From a virus (lineage: Duplodnaviria; Heunggongvirae; Uroviricota; Caudoviricetes), in the IMG/VR virus record IMGVR_UViG_3300031994_000003, positions 258,820 through 322,819 of that record: a stretch of DNA of 64,000 bases; one strand, written 5' to 3'. A model generated the notes under the pieces. The model searched no databases. It worked only from the letters and a program-made list of their open reading frames with translations, and was not told where the DNA came from. Made by a program: the position numbers and the translations under genes. Positions 32,301-40,514 of this stretch are shown here, one piece after another (the first letter of the stretch is position 1; every line of letters starts with the position of its first letter).

Positions 32301-32558
32301 ACTAATAAAACAATTGGTTCATCAACTAATAAAATAGATTTAGTTGGTAATGCAGAAAGTGCAACTACTGCAGCGACTGCTAATGTTGCAACATGTGTAT
32401 CAATTGGCGATGCATCTTCTACAGCATATTCAATAATTGTTGGTAATAGTGGTAATTCTGCTCTAATAAAATCTAATTTTAGTATAGCATCAAGTACATT
32501 GTCTTGTGCTGGATGGAATATTGCATTTTCATCTACTGGAATTACATTCTCAAGATAA
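26343..32558 (+). CDS. Long tail fibre protein (2071 aa), paralogue of 16928-24976
   Basis: MANKLKSTTIQGDL start; many GNASTAT, TGDVTGS..G.HGW and VTTAKIAD repeats; T/S/A-rich. Confidence 0.8.
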   Translation: MANKLKSTTIQGDLLVTSNTKVDGTIIGNVSGNATSADKVDITTAANGSSLKIIATNSAGVKSPSVVPNANITIDNSGAVSISVNGSINANNVTATTLSGNGAGITDINAANITGTIDESLIDITTKANIATAVSTAVTLGNSSQTLTINASNTTVNGDTSFTGNVNISGNVNIGGGISIDGDKTIVDATTLSTTDTLIELGKGNTTALTNYAGFYVPKYDGTNTGALVFDKNGVARVGDVTVSADGTLLSANQSGSSSSTSLQPLATRNESITHDNMLKWDNVNKTIVGASASDIRAIYISDANDGKVAFVSNSGNTSNIYRSDIVITSKNSISGVEDITSNTVTTNTVTATVGITTATLNSDSIVNGKIELSSDNLIVKGSNNETVIELSSNGNIDAVTASIPTVTGNLVGNADTATTLLNSRNISIKGGATAAPVAFNGSANVELNVTAVKPSVIVTGTIGTSTDKVDLVGNAESATVASSLTTSTAGTSSTPVYFSGGIPVATSTTLGVCISGIAAKSDTEYVKNLTNNETTTYLTGVIGNVDGYEQEKRSGIKATISSNIVELTTTAANGSVNISGQAKTVAETINLSKNTSGSINLGSATGSRTLDVTITNIGDTTVSSNIPVHQTLSIDSDKSLQFNGSANNWTLNTSTNDLIIDSNGTGKIVFNKNTDVLGTLRAPLIKSEVMQMYLTNQSASSEHPDYIKLEPNMVLNDNDISFYGSLKFNRYTYDSSTGTYNIDNMKTKAGSESDVASALYPVIVDSSTGHAIKQDSATAEGEILKLYQGGIISAKPGVDYLTAAADIIAKSIYASPIDQNTSGINNYESSDSNGTVTENTESLRNVLFMPFYQLTKIRRTRNLVNENGYELKAVLPQNMIINNDGTASLNTELPTPTEGYLYPYIERKITVQGSNNFNEGYVIHGKITTAEIAETVNNFSVSTPINNSTNIAMLYNVAASTTKSAVIESGKIIGTTTNADSKVELTGLTYTAINSGNTIVYRDASGNFTAGTITASLSGNATTATTLATAREFSITGGATASPVSFNGNGNVALNVTSIAPSVIASGTIGTTTNKVNLIGNAATATEADKAKKLSVSRNIKIQGENLTEADANNNATVSAAFDGSADILLKINRKIIHDALGFDPVDDASAMTYQGTISSSDTISDSNLVNGDVYIASSAFTFKYNTTTGAVMGSSASGAGLTSIKVETGDMLIFYKKVSGNTTTIRWNAIEKNSDDLISFVGTIANIQANEIPIFNATKDKNLKTTGITVSGTTINANISGYAPTAGAASTATAFASNATIQLTGPVTGSVSSSHGWTISTTITDSAVTTTKISTNAVTTAKIADSNVTTAKIANSAVTNAKISSVNPSKIVGETGDTIIGSSENVINLYGNASTATSATVASSLSTASAGSTTLPVYFADGIPVITSTTLGVCISGTAAKATTVAVTTISASTNNNYNLTSVDNSGNIQKLPNISYNPSTNRLTVGTVSANLYGNASTATTASYAHVLASTTTVNNATTEAPLNIGTSTVPVYFANGIPVITSTTLDVCISGKATTAGAADTASAASNLSGTTKNSIPYQSASKTTSYVSGTANSVLGWNSSTNIEKFGVANVLPANGTALVQAVNGNFTAGTITATLSGNASTATEFASNATVKLTGDITGSSTGKHGWEVSTTIANNAITTAKIADSNVTTAKVADNAITDAKINSLSPSKITTGTIGSANAIVNLVGDVTGNASTATNLNVKSIVSTSTAYLVGVVTSTAGNKTVYSTSSITFNGNVITAALSGNASTATAFASNATVNLTGDVTGSVSGTHGWEVSTTIANNAITTAKIKDNAVTGGKINSGSITNAHIATTGIQPGTIKAGTNDDTIGSATNVINLYGNAGTASAFASNATIELTGDVTGSVSGTHGWSISTDLAANVVTSTELASSAVYTEHIVDGNVTTAKIKDNAVTGGKIASSSITNAHIASTGIQPGTIKATSTNKTIGSSTNKIDLVGNAESATTAATANVATCVSIGDASSTAYSIIVGNSGNSALIKSNFSIASSTLSCAGWNIAFSSTGITFSR
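30211..32300 (+). repeat. Four dispersed copies of a fibre module, including a 50-bp exact repeat (31353-31402 = 31794-31843)
   Basis: Protein module (AF/EF)ASNAT(I/V).LTG.(V/I)TGS....HGW.(I/V)ST.(I/L) at ~30230, 31290, 31730 and 32020; identical CATGGTTGGGAAGTATCAACTACAATTGCAAATAATGCAATAACAACAGC twice. Confidence 0.85.
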
Positions 32559-32562
32559 TATA

Positions 32563-32597
32563 AATAAAAGAATAATCTTAATGATTATTCTTTTATT
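32563..32597 (+). terminator. Intrinsic terminator
   Basis: Perfect 15-bp stem AATAAAAGAATAATC/GATTATTCTTTTATT, loop TTAAT. Confidence 0.85.
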
Positions 32598-32618
32598 ATT
32601 TTTCGTCTAATTTATTTA

Positions 32619-32626
32619 TATATTAT
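32619..32626 (+). promoter_or_regulatory. Putative early promoter TATATTAT (second copy at 32668-32675)
   Basis: Directly after a terminator, upstream of the isolated gene 32713-33228; the motif is AT-only, so chance occurrence is possible. Confidence 0.45.
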
Positions 32627-32712
32627 TATTTTGGAGGTAAATGATAATGAAGTAATGAAGAAACTATTATATTATTGTAAAAATTATAATGAATGAAAAG
32701 GAGATGAGTAAT

Positions 32713-33228
32713 ATGATTGATATAGAAATTAAAAATTTATTACAACAGTATAATATTAATGAAATAGATAATATAATAAATAGTGCTATTAGATTACTAT
32801 CTATAAAATCAAGTAGTATAACTTTTTATAAATATGATGCAATGCATCTTATTGATAATAATGAAAATATTTTTAATTTATTAAATAATAAATTAGAAGA
32901 TTCAGTATTTATTTTATCTATTATTAAAGGGTCTCATAATTTTGAAATTCCATCTGATTTCGATGTGTGGCCATTCAAATCAGATTCGATAAGGCTAAAA
33001 TTAGATTATCGAAAATATACCACAATAGCCAAAGGAGATTATGAAAAATATATAGCTCTGTATTATAATAATTATAGAAATATAATATCTCTTTTGAAAA
33101 AATTAAAAAAAGTTGTTGAAAATCCAAAACAACAAGATGATAGATATCTATTATCTTTAATAATTGTTGAAGCAAGATATTTAAAAAGTAAAATGATGTT
33201 AAATCAGATGTTTAATATTAATGATTAA
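32713..33228 (+). CDS. Hypothetical protein
   Basis: RBS AAGGAG at 32698-32703 favours ATG 32713 (ORF track starts at 32689); no recognisable motif. Confidence 0.7.
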   Translation: MIDIEIKNLLQQYNINEIDNIINSAIRLLSIKSSSITFYKYDAMHLIDNNENIFNLLNNKLEDSVFILSIIKGSHNFEIPSDFDVWPFKSDSIRLKLDYRKYTTIAKGDYEKYIALYYNNYRNIISLLKKLKKVVENPKQQDDRYLLSLIIVEARYLKSKMMLNQMFNIND

Positions 33229-33235
33229 TTTAATC

Positions 33236-33249
33236 AACAATTTATTATA
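33236..33249 (+). promoter_or_regulatory. Putative late promoter AACAATTTATTATA
   Basis: Exact copy of the recurring motif, upstream of the lipoprotein gene. Confidence 0.7.
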
Positions 33250-33293
33250 ATAAATGGTAAAAAAATTAAAAAAATGAAAGAAGGTAAATAAAA

Positions 33294-35120
33294 ATGAAAA
33301 AATTTTTAAGTTTTATATTTATGATGCTTACTATTACAGTATTAGCATCATGTAATGGTGGAAATAATAATCCATCAAATACAAAAAATACAGCTAGTAT
33401 TAAAGAAGCTGCAACAGAATTAGCTAATGAAATCGATAAAGTTGGTTCTCCACTTGATGTTATTGGCTATGATATGTCAAATTTAGCATCTGATAAATCA
33501 GAAGATGCTGAAGATGTAAAAACAGAATTAAAGAATGAAGTTAAATTATGCTCATTTAGTGTTAAGCCATTAATGATGGCATTTAATAGCGGTATTAATA
33601 CTAATTTATTAAATGATGTTAATCAAACAAATGACTTAGAAAATATTACAGTTCCAACAGTTGATCAAGATGCAAATATAAATGCTACATTTCAATTTAT
33701 TGGAAAAATGGCTGGTATAATAGATACTAATTACAATGATGCTGTTGATACTAAGAATAGAATTTTAAAGGCAGATAACCCATATATGTATGTATGGAAT
33801 GAGCAAGCCAATGGAAGTAAAACAAGAGTTACTTATGAAGATGGTATTCTATCATTAGAAGAATATGATTATTCTTATAGAATGAGTAATGTAAAAACAT
33901 ATCATAAAGTATATGTTGAAAGAGATGCAGAAGATAAAATATTCTTTGAAATCTTATCTATTGATGAAAATGGGTCATATGGATATTGTAATTATTATGA
34001 AGGAAGAAATTATGATATTGCATTTAAGAACTATAATGATACTAAACCCGATATTTTCTCTATAGATTTAACGAATGGATATCCAATAATGATTTTTAGT
34101 AGAGGAAATGATAATACTATTGTTTTTGAACACGAAGTAGATAATTTTTCAGTATCTAATTTTGTAAATTCAGACGATGAATTTAAAATGGATTTCAAAA
34201 CACGCGATGATGGAAAAAATTATGCAGCAATAGTAATTAATAATGGTTTTGAACTTAAATTATATGATAATTATATTGTTTTACCAGTAGATGATAGATA
34301 TATTGAAGAAATCAAAGCAGAAAAAACAACTACAACTCATACTGAGACAGAAGAAATAATTACATATGATAAAGAAAAAGATGAAAAGACTGTAGAATAT
34401 AAAACAATCACTCATTCTGAACATAAAATTTTTAAAGCAAACTATAAATTTAAAAATGGTGAAGAGATATATAATGATTATGAAGAAATGCTTGGTACTC
34501 CAGTTTATGGTAATGATAATTACATTCCAGGAGTATATATTAAATATAATTCAATTAATGACGTAGAGTCTTTATTAAAGCAATATGGTTATATTTCATC
34601 AGATGAAACTTTAGATTTTAGTTTATTAACACCAGAGGTATTAAATAAAGACTTTAAAGATTTAACTATGGATTATGTTAATTCTGAACTTAATAAGAGA
34701 ATTCCTGAAATTAAATCATACATTTCATATGGAGCAGCTTTAGAAAATGCAGAAGAAATGAAAGTTCCATTTGGTATTGAAGCAGAATATGAATTAACTG
34801 GTGAGCCAATTGTTTCAGATTCAGCAATTGATTTATCAAATATCTCATTAAAAATTACTAATGTTTCAGTTAAAAATATTAATTATACATTTAATATGAA
34901 AGATATTACTCGTTATAAGATTTATTATAGAGGTGTTAAAATTAAAGACGTTGAAGCAACTGAAGAAAATGGTGTTTCAATAATGGGCAATATTGGAAGT
35001 ATCGAATTAACTAAAGATTTATTAGAATATATTGAAAAAGAAAAATCTGAAGAACCAAACGAAATTAAAATTGAAGTTAATGGTGTTGGTATCATTATTA
35101 AAATAAGTCTTGATAAGTAA
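33294..35120 (+). CDS. Lipoprotein (signal peptide II)
   Basis: MKKFLSFIFMMLTITVLASC: basic N-terminus, hydrophobic core, lipobox LASC, then an N/G-rich tether. Confidence 0.8.
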   Translation: MKKFLSFIFMMLTITVLASCNGGNNNPSNTKNTASIKEAATELANEIDKVGSPLDVIGYDMSNLASDKSEDAEDVKTELKNEVKLCSFSVKPLMMAFNSGINTNLLNDVNQTNDLENITVPTVDQDANINATFQFIGKMAGIIDTNYNDAVDTKNRILKADNPYMYVWNEQANGSKTRVTYEDGILSLEEYDYSYRMSNVKTYHKVYVERDAEDKIFFEILSIDENGSYGYCNYYEGRNYDIAFKNYNDTKPDIFSIDLTNGYPIMIFSRGNDNTIVFEHEVDNFSVSNFVNSDDEFKMDFKTRDDGKNYAAIVINNGFELKLYDNYIVLPVDDRYIEEIKAEKTTTTHTETEEIITYDKEKDEKTVEYKTITHSEHKIFKANYKFKNGEEIYNDYEEMLGTPVYGNDNYIPGVYIKYNSINDVESLLKQYGYISSDETLDFSLLTPEVLNKDFKDLTMDYVNSELNKRIPEIKSYISYGAALENAEEMKVPFGIEAEYELTGEPIVSDSAIDLSNISLKITNVSVKNINYTFNMKDITRYKIYYRGVKIKDVEATEENGVSIMGNIGSIELTKDLLEYIEKEKSEEPNEIKIEVNGVGIIIKISLDK

Positions 35121-35124
35121 TAGT

Positions 35125-35160
35125 AAATAAGCATATCGTAATGATATGCTTATTTTTTTT
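35125..35160 (+). terminator. Intrinsic terminator
   Basis: 13-bp stem AAATAAGCATATC/GATATGCTTATTT, long T tract. Confidence 0.85.
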
Positions 35161-35185
35161 TATTTTTTTTTAAAATAATAGCCTT

Positions 35186-35199
35186 AACAATTAATTATA
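35186..35199 (+). promoter_or_regulatory. Putative late promoter AACAATTAATTATA
   Basis: AACA-N6-TA variant after a terminator, heading the 35241-40484 operon. Confidence 0.6.
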
Positions 35200-35240
35200 T
35201 GAAAAATAGTATAAATTTAATATAGAAAGGAATGATATCT

Positions 35241-35885
35241 ATGAGCAATTGGTGGGGCGCAGATTATTGGAATCAGGTTACTTTGGGAGGAGATAACCCT
35301 TGGGATGGTGTCCAATGGACTAGTGAAAAAACAAACTTTAAATATGGCTCTGATGCTATAAGAACTGTTAAATATGGCAGCAATATGGTATATTATGTTA
35401 ATTATAATGGCACACGAGTTTTTAATTGGTATGACCATGTTAGGTGGTACTATAATTGTACTACTGGTTCATCAAATGGTATGAGTGCAGCAGGAAGCAC
35501 AAATAGTACAGCTTATTTACGAATACATATAAAAAACAATACTAATTACTATGTATGGTGTTATTGGCGATGGACAGTATCTTTAGCATATGATGTATCA
35601 ACTAGTACCTCTTGGTCTAATGTAAATACTACATCTGATTACTCTTCTACTGAGAAGCATAGTCTATATAAGATATCTCCAAACACTAGTGATTGGCAAG
35701 ATTATTGGAATATAGCAATATTTAATTCCAGTTCAAGTAGTTGGTGGAGATCTACGTCATTTGTAATCTGGGGATGTAAGGATAGTAGTACTGCTCCATC
35801 TTCTAATCAAGGTAACGCAGACGGAAGATTAATAATAGATTTTCGTCACAGAAAATCAGAATATTCTGATGGTAGTGGAACTTAA
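35241..35885 (+). CDS. Trp/Tyr/Ser-rich putative adhesin / receptor-binding protein
   Basis: RBS AAAGGA favours ATG 35241 (track: 35232). Very high W/Y/S/N content; VKYGSNMVYYVNYNGTRVF resembles small fibre-tip attachment motifs. Confidence 0.5.
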   Translation: MSNWWGADYWNQVTLGGDNPWDGVQWTSEKTNFKYGSDAIRTVKYGSNMVYYVNYNGTRVFNWYDHVRWYYNCTTGSSNGMSAAGSTNSTAYLRIHIKNNTNYYVWCYWRWTVSLAYDVSTSTSWSNVNTTSDYSSTEKHSLYKISPNTSDWQDYWNIAIFNSSSSSWWRSTSFVIWGCKDSSTAPSSNQGNADGRLIIDFRHRKSEYSDGSGT

Positions 35886-35899
35886 TATGGAGGAATTTT

Positions 35900-38422
35900 A
35901 TGAAATATCTTTTTTTGAATTATTTTTTTAGTAGAAATAATAAACTATATGTTGATAATGATGTTTTTAATAATTTTAATGAACAAGATTTTTTAGGTAA
36001 TAGTGTATCATTTTATTGCTATGATACCGATGAGGAAGGAAATCAATTAGATAAAATTAGAATTGATGAATTATTCTTTAAATTATACATAAAAGAAGAT
36101 GACAATATTTCTTATATAAAAGATGATTATGCTAAATCAAATCATGCTTTAGTTTATATTAATAATAAATTCATATATGATAGAATAGAAAATTTAATTA
36201 AAACATATCAATTTGAGGATTGTCTTCCATTATCTAATTTCTTTATAGATAAAAAACAAAATTCAGATGGAGAATGTTATAAGTGGTCATTATTTGATGA
36301 TATTAACATTGATGATCTTCGTGTTGATGAATCAAAATGTAATATTCATCTTGACCCATTCACAACAAATTATAACAAATTCATTCTTGCACTATATTCT
36401 ATTAATGAACATGATAATGATATTTTATTAAATCTTAAAAGAGAATACTTTAATAATAATATCGATTCATCGTATCAATGTCAATGCAATACTGTAGTAT
36501 TAAATACATCTTCTGGTGTAATATCATTAAATTATTATAATAATGATTATGAAAAAGAATTAAATGAAGCAATTAATAGAGCAGATAATATTGAAAGTAA
36601 AATATATCCAATTGATGTTGAAGAATATACTGGGTATGATGAAGGAATATATATAAAGATTAAAAAAATATTTAATGATATTGATGTATATTATAAGAAT
36701 ATTAATGATGATGAATATAAAAGAGTAGATAATGAATTAATACAAGAATATGCAGATACTTATATATGTAATATTATTGGAATAAATCCTGGTGTATATG
36801 ATGTTAAGATAGTGAATAGAAATGATATTGATGATTTTAGATATATTGATAATATTGAAGTATATGCACAAGATAGATCAGGATATGCACATTTTAAATA
36901 TAATAATGGTGTTGGAGCATATAAAGATAATGGTGAATTAAAAGAAAATGCTGTTATTATATATGTAAGCAATAGTAATAAAAATACAGTAACATATAAT
37001 GGAGCTAAAGGATTAATTCCTGTTATTAATAAAGTAATAAGTGAAAATAAACCATTATGTATAAGAGTATTAGATATTATTGATACTCCTCAATGGTATA
37101 AAATTAAAGACTATGGTAATGCTAAGTCAAATGAAAGAAAAAATCTTATCAAAGAAGAAGCTTTCGATAATGTATCAGAATATTGGACTAAATTAGATGA
37201 TTCTCATTATGAAATGTTAGAATCTAATATTATTAAGTCTGGTTTAAATAAATTAGAGTCTTATTATAAAAAAATAAAAGGAATTACAAATAAAATATTA
37301 TTTAATACCGAAACAAATGAAGCAGATACATATTTTAATATGATTGAAATTAAAAATGGCAATAATATTACTATAGAAGGTATTGGTTATAATGCTGGCT
37401 TCTATAACTGTGGATTAGATTTTGAATGTTGTAATTCAGTAGAAGTAAAAAATTTATCATTTGATTGTTCTCCTGAAGATTCTATAAGTATTAGAGGAAC
37501 AGATAATAATGATAGAGATTATGGAAATTTTTGGATTCATAATTGTTTATTTAATCAGGGTAAAAATAATTGGGATATAACATTTGAAAATGATAAGGTG
37601 TATGGTGACGGCTCTACAGATTTTAAATATGCACATAATCTAACAATTTCATATTGTACATATTTTTTAACAAATAAAACATGTTTATTTGGTGAAAATA
37701 ATGAATCAATACAACCTAATATAACATTACATCATAATTATTATAATGCTTGTTTTAATCGTCTTCCACGTGCAAGAAATACAAATATACATATGTATAA
37801 TTGCTATTTAAATGAATGTATTTATCCATTTGATAATGGTAAAAACTCTATATTATTTGCAGAATACAATAAAATATATGATTGTATTAGAATCATGCAT
37901 AGACGTGAAGGAACTGCAAAATTAATAAATAATTTTATTGATAACTCAGGTCAAGAATTTATTGGTAGAAATATAATATTTTCTGATACTACTGCAGAGC
38001 TTGATGAATTTGAAACAAATAAAGATCTATTTTATTACGATGATGAAAATAAAAAATCAATGGTTAATGATTTAATTACTGATGAACATTTAATTAAACG
38101 TTTTATTCCATTTGCTGCTGGTAATGGCAAATATGATAGAAAGTTAGATGATATCTGGTTTAAAGAAGATTATAAAGTATTATTAATAAATAATAAAAAT
38201 GAATACTATCTTACATCAGATGAACTTAAATTAGCTATTAAAAAATTAAATGAAAATAAGACATATAATGATAAATATTATAAAATTATAAAAACATATA
38301 TCAATAATAAATTTGATACTAAAGATATCGATCAATATTATATTATTGGTGACTTATATTATGGCTATGTTAATGATGAAATAATTGAAATGATAATGAA
38401 TGAGGATGATATTAATGAATAA
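35900..38422 (+). CDS. Pectate lyase family 1 (PL1) beta-helix protein with N-terminal extension
   Basis: NITIEGIG, VEVKNLSF, EDSISI, FWIHNC, GDGSTD, NLTISY, KTCLFG, NITLHHNYY, RLPRAR, IHMYNCY; preceded by an FN3-like segment and DRSGYAHF...GVGAY; no signal peptide. Confidence 0.8.
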   Translation: MKYLFLNYFFSRNNKLYVDNDVFNNFNEQDFLGNSVSFYCYDTDEEGNQLDKIRIDELFFKLYIKEDDNISYIKDDYAKSNHALVYINNKFIYDRIENLIKTYQFEDCLPLSNFFIDKKQNSDGECYKWSLFDDINIDDLRVDESKCNIHLDPFTTNYNKFILALYSINEHDNDILLNLKREYFNNNIDSSYQCQCNTVVLNTSSGVISLNYYNNDYEKELNEAINRADNIESKIYPIDVEEYTGYDEGIYIKIKKIFNDIDVYYKNINDDEYKRVDNELIQEYADTYICNIIGINPGVYDVKIVNRNDIDDFRYIDNIEVYAQDRSGYAHFKYNNGVGAYKDNGELKENAVIIYVSNSNKNTVTYNGAKGLIPVINKVISENKPLCIRVLDIIDTPQWYKIKDYGNAKSNERKNLIKEEAFDNVSEYWTKLDDSHYEMLESNIIKSGLNKLESYYKKIKGITNKILFNTETNEADTYFNMIEIKNGNNITIEGIGYNAGFYNCGLDFECCNSVEVKNLSFDCSPEDSISIRGTDNNDRDYGNFWIHNCLFNQGKNNWDITFENDKVYGDGSTDFKYAHNLTISYCTYFLTNKTCLFGENNESIQPNITLHHNYYNACFNRLPRARNTNIHMYNCYLNECIYPFDNGKNSILFAEYNKIYDCIRIMHRREGTAKLINNFIDNSGQEFIGRNIIFSDTTAELDEFETNKDLFYYDDENKKSMVNDLITDEHLIKRFIPFAAGNGKYDRKLDDIWFKEDYKVLLINNKNEYYLTSDELKLAIKKLNENKTYNDKYYKIIKTYINNKFDTKDIDQYYIIGDLYYGYVNDEIIEMIMNEDDINE

Positions 38423-39209
38423 ATGTTTTAATGAAACAGGAGATATTCAATATATTCTTCATTTTCCTGGAATGAATTTTGAAGAGTCTAGTAAGGATTT
38501 TACTTTTTATAAAGATTTAAAATTTGAAGTCTCTCCAGAGATATCTTTAATTTCAGTTTTTAATTCAACATGTGAAGATTCTATACTTTGTCAGCAATGC
38601 AAGAATAATAATTTAAATCTAATTAATTCTGATGCTGCACTAGCAGTGCCTGATGGAAAGTGGTATCAACCTGATAAAATTGATTTTATATTAGAATGTT
38701 TATATAAAGTTAATACGAAATATGCATTGGTAATGGATTCAAGAGATGTTATTATAGTTAATGATTTAACTAATAATTTCATCTCTACTTTTGAATCTTT
38801 GAACACTCCTTTTATATTTAATGCTCAGCCAAATAGATACCCAAATATTCAAATTGAACCTATGAAAGTTTATTTATATAAATCACAGGTTAGATTTTTA
38901 AATGGCGGTGTATCATTTGGTTTAAGAGAAGAATTAATTAAATTTTATGAATATGCTAGATTGATACGAGATAATAATGGAAGTGGATTTATCAATAATG
39001 GAGTTCCATCAGAACAGTTCTTTTTAAGAATTGCATTGACAACATATAACGATGGTAACTATTTAATAGATGGCGTTGATCATGGTAGAAAGTTAATTTC
39101 AATAATTCATTACTCAGATAATTGTTCATATAAAAATGAAGATGGAGATTTTATAATCAAATTAAAATTAAAAGATAACATGTATAAAGGAAATTATTTT
39201 GCAAGTTAA
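38415..39209 (+). CDS. Glycosyltransferase, PLOD/GT-A-like
   Basis: KYALVMDSRDVII (D-x-x-D), FNAQPN.YP, RFLNGGVSFG, SEQFF; RBS GAGGA favours ATG 38415 (track: 38400). Confidence 0.65.
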   Translation: MNKCFNETGDIQYILHFPGMNFEESSKDFTFYKDLKFEVSPEISLISVFNSTCEDSILCQQCKNNNLNLINSDAALAVPDGKWYQPDKIDFILECLYKVNTKYALVMDSRDVIIVNDLTNNFISTFESLNTPFIFNAQPNRYPNIQIEPMKVYLYKSQVRFLNGGVSFGLREELIKFYEYARLIRDNNGSGFINNGVPSEQFFLRIALTTYNDGNYLIDGVDHGRKLISIIHYSDNCSYKNEDGDFIIKLKLKDNMYKGNYFAS

Positions 39210-39903
39210 TATGAGAACATATTATGTAAATTCGGATAATCCACTGTATATATTACATCTTCCAGGAAATGCAAAAAATAAATATAAACAATTGATGATT
39301 GATGAAGAAAATAGAAATATAAAAATAAATGATAACATATCTATTATATCTATAATGAATGAACCAGTATTATTTGATTCATCATTGAATAAACAATTTA
39401 TTAATAATAATATAACTTTTTTTAATTCTGAGAAATTATCTAAATGCCCATCAAATGCATGGAATAATGTATATAGAATTGAAGAATATATCAATTTATT
39501 AAATGATATTGATACTGAGTATGTATTGATATTAGATGGTAATGATGTAGTCTTATTAAATAATTTTGATAATAAATTTATAGATAAATTCAATGAATTT
39601 GAATGTGATATTTTATATAATTACACAGTATTTGAAATGCCAACACATTTAAATGCTGGAGTATGCTTTGGAAAAAGAAATAAATTAATAGAATTCTTTA
39701 ATGAATGTTTAAAATATGAAAAAATATTTATGAAGCATAAATGGCAAGATCAGGCATTAATATCATATGTTTATAATAAAAGTCTTTTTAATATTAAAAT
39801 TGATAAAGAAAATAAACTATTTGGTATTGTACATGATTCAGTTTTGTGTAATACAAATATTATTCATATTGATGATAATGAAATACGATTTAAAGAATCA
39901 TAA
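39199..39903 (+). CDS. Glycosyltransferase, PLOD/GT-A-like, paralogue of the upstream gene
   Basis: YILHLPG (vs YILHFPG), EYVLILDGNDVV, HLNAGVCFG, WQDQALI. Confidence 0.65.
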   Translation: MQVNMRTYYVNSDNPLYILHLPGNAKNKYKQLMIDEENRNIKINDNISIISIMNEPVLFDSSLNKQFINNNITFFNSEKLSKCPSNAWNNVYRIEEYINLLNDIDTEYVLILDGNDVVLLNNFDNKFIDKFNEFECDILYNYTVFEMPTHLNAGVCFGKRNKLIEFFNECLKYEKIFMKHKWQDQALISYVYNKSLFNIKIDKENKLFGIVHDSVLCNTNIIHIDDNEIRFKES

Positions 39904-39905
39904 GT

Positions 39906-40484
39906 GTGGTGATTATTTTGGAAATAAATGAAATAATTAAACAAATTCTTCCAATTGTGAAAGATAAAAGAATTATTTATGTTAATGGAACAAAAGGTTC
40001 TGGTAGAGCAACTATTTCTAATGCACTATCAAATAAATTAAATAATTCTGTTATAATCGATAAAGATATCGTCCGTTATAATATCAGAGGAACATATCGT
40101 GCTGGTGATGAAGAATATGAAGAAGAAGTTAATACATTATTTTTAAATAAAATAATTGAAGAATATAATAATGATGATAATGATTATATTATTATACCTC
40201 ATAATCAAAAAATAAAAGAACAACGAAAAATAATTACAGACTTTTTTAAAGATAAATCTGATTGTGTAATTGCAATATATTTAAATTATTCATTAAATGA
40301 AATATTAAAACATATTACTAATGACAATAAGGATGTAAATAAAAATTATAAGCATTATGATAAAATGATATATGTTTATAAAGCAATTGATTATAATAAA
40401 ACAAAAGAAGATTTGACATTAGATGAAGGATTTTCATCTATTATAAATATCACTGATAATAAAATTGAAATAGTAAAAGAATAA
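39906..40484 (+). CDS. AAA_33 / polynucleotide-kinase-like P-loop protein with degenerate Walker motifs
   Basis: IIYVNGTKGSGRAT, IIDKDIVR, C-terminal LTLDEGFSSI; the Walker A Lys is replaced by Arg. Confidence 0.6.
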   Translation: MVIILEINEIIKQILPIVKDKRIIYVNGTKGSGRATISNALSNKLNNSVIIDKDIVRYNIRGTYRAGDEEYEEEVNTLFLNKIIEEYNNDDNDYIIIPHNQKIKEQRKIITDFFKDKSDCVIAIYLNYSLNEILKHITNDNKDVNKNYKHYDKMIYVYKAIDYNKTKEDLTLDEGFSSIINITDNKIEIVKE

Positions 40485-40510
40485 TATCTATTATGATATT
40501 ATTCTTTTTA
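40477..40510. terminator. Bidirectional terminator between the AAA_33 gene and the minus-strand fibre gene
   Basis: Stem AAAAGAATAATATC/GATATTATTCTTTT with loop TATTAT. Confidence 0.8.
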
Positions 40511-40514
40511 TTTA

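Noticed and set aside
32633-32696. Chain of micro-ORFs (MIMK*, MKKLLYYCKNYNE*) after GGAGG upstream of gene 32713
   Set aside because: ATG/TAA overlaps are expected by chance in such AT-rich sequence; more likely a decayed 5' region than a regulatory leader.
38415-39903. Collagen-modifying role implied by the PLOD-like GT domains
   Set aside because: No Gly-X-Y collagen repeats and no 2OG-Fe(II) hydroxylase occur in the window, so a collagen substrate is unsupported here.
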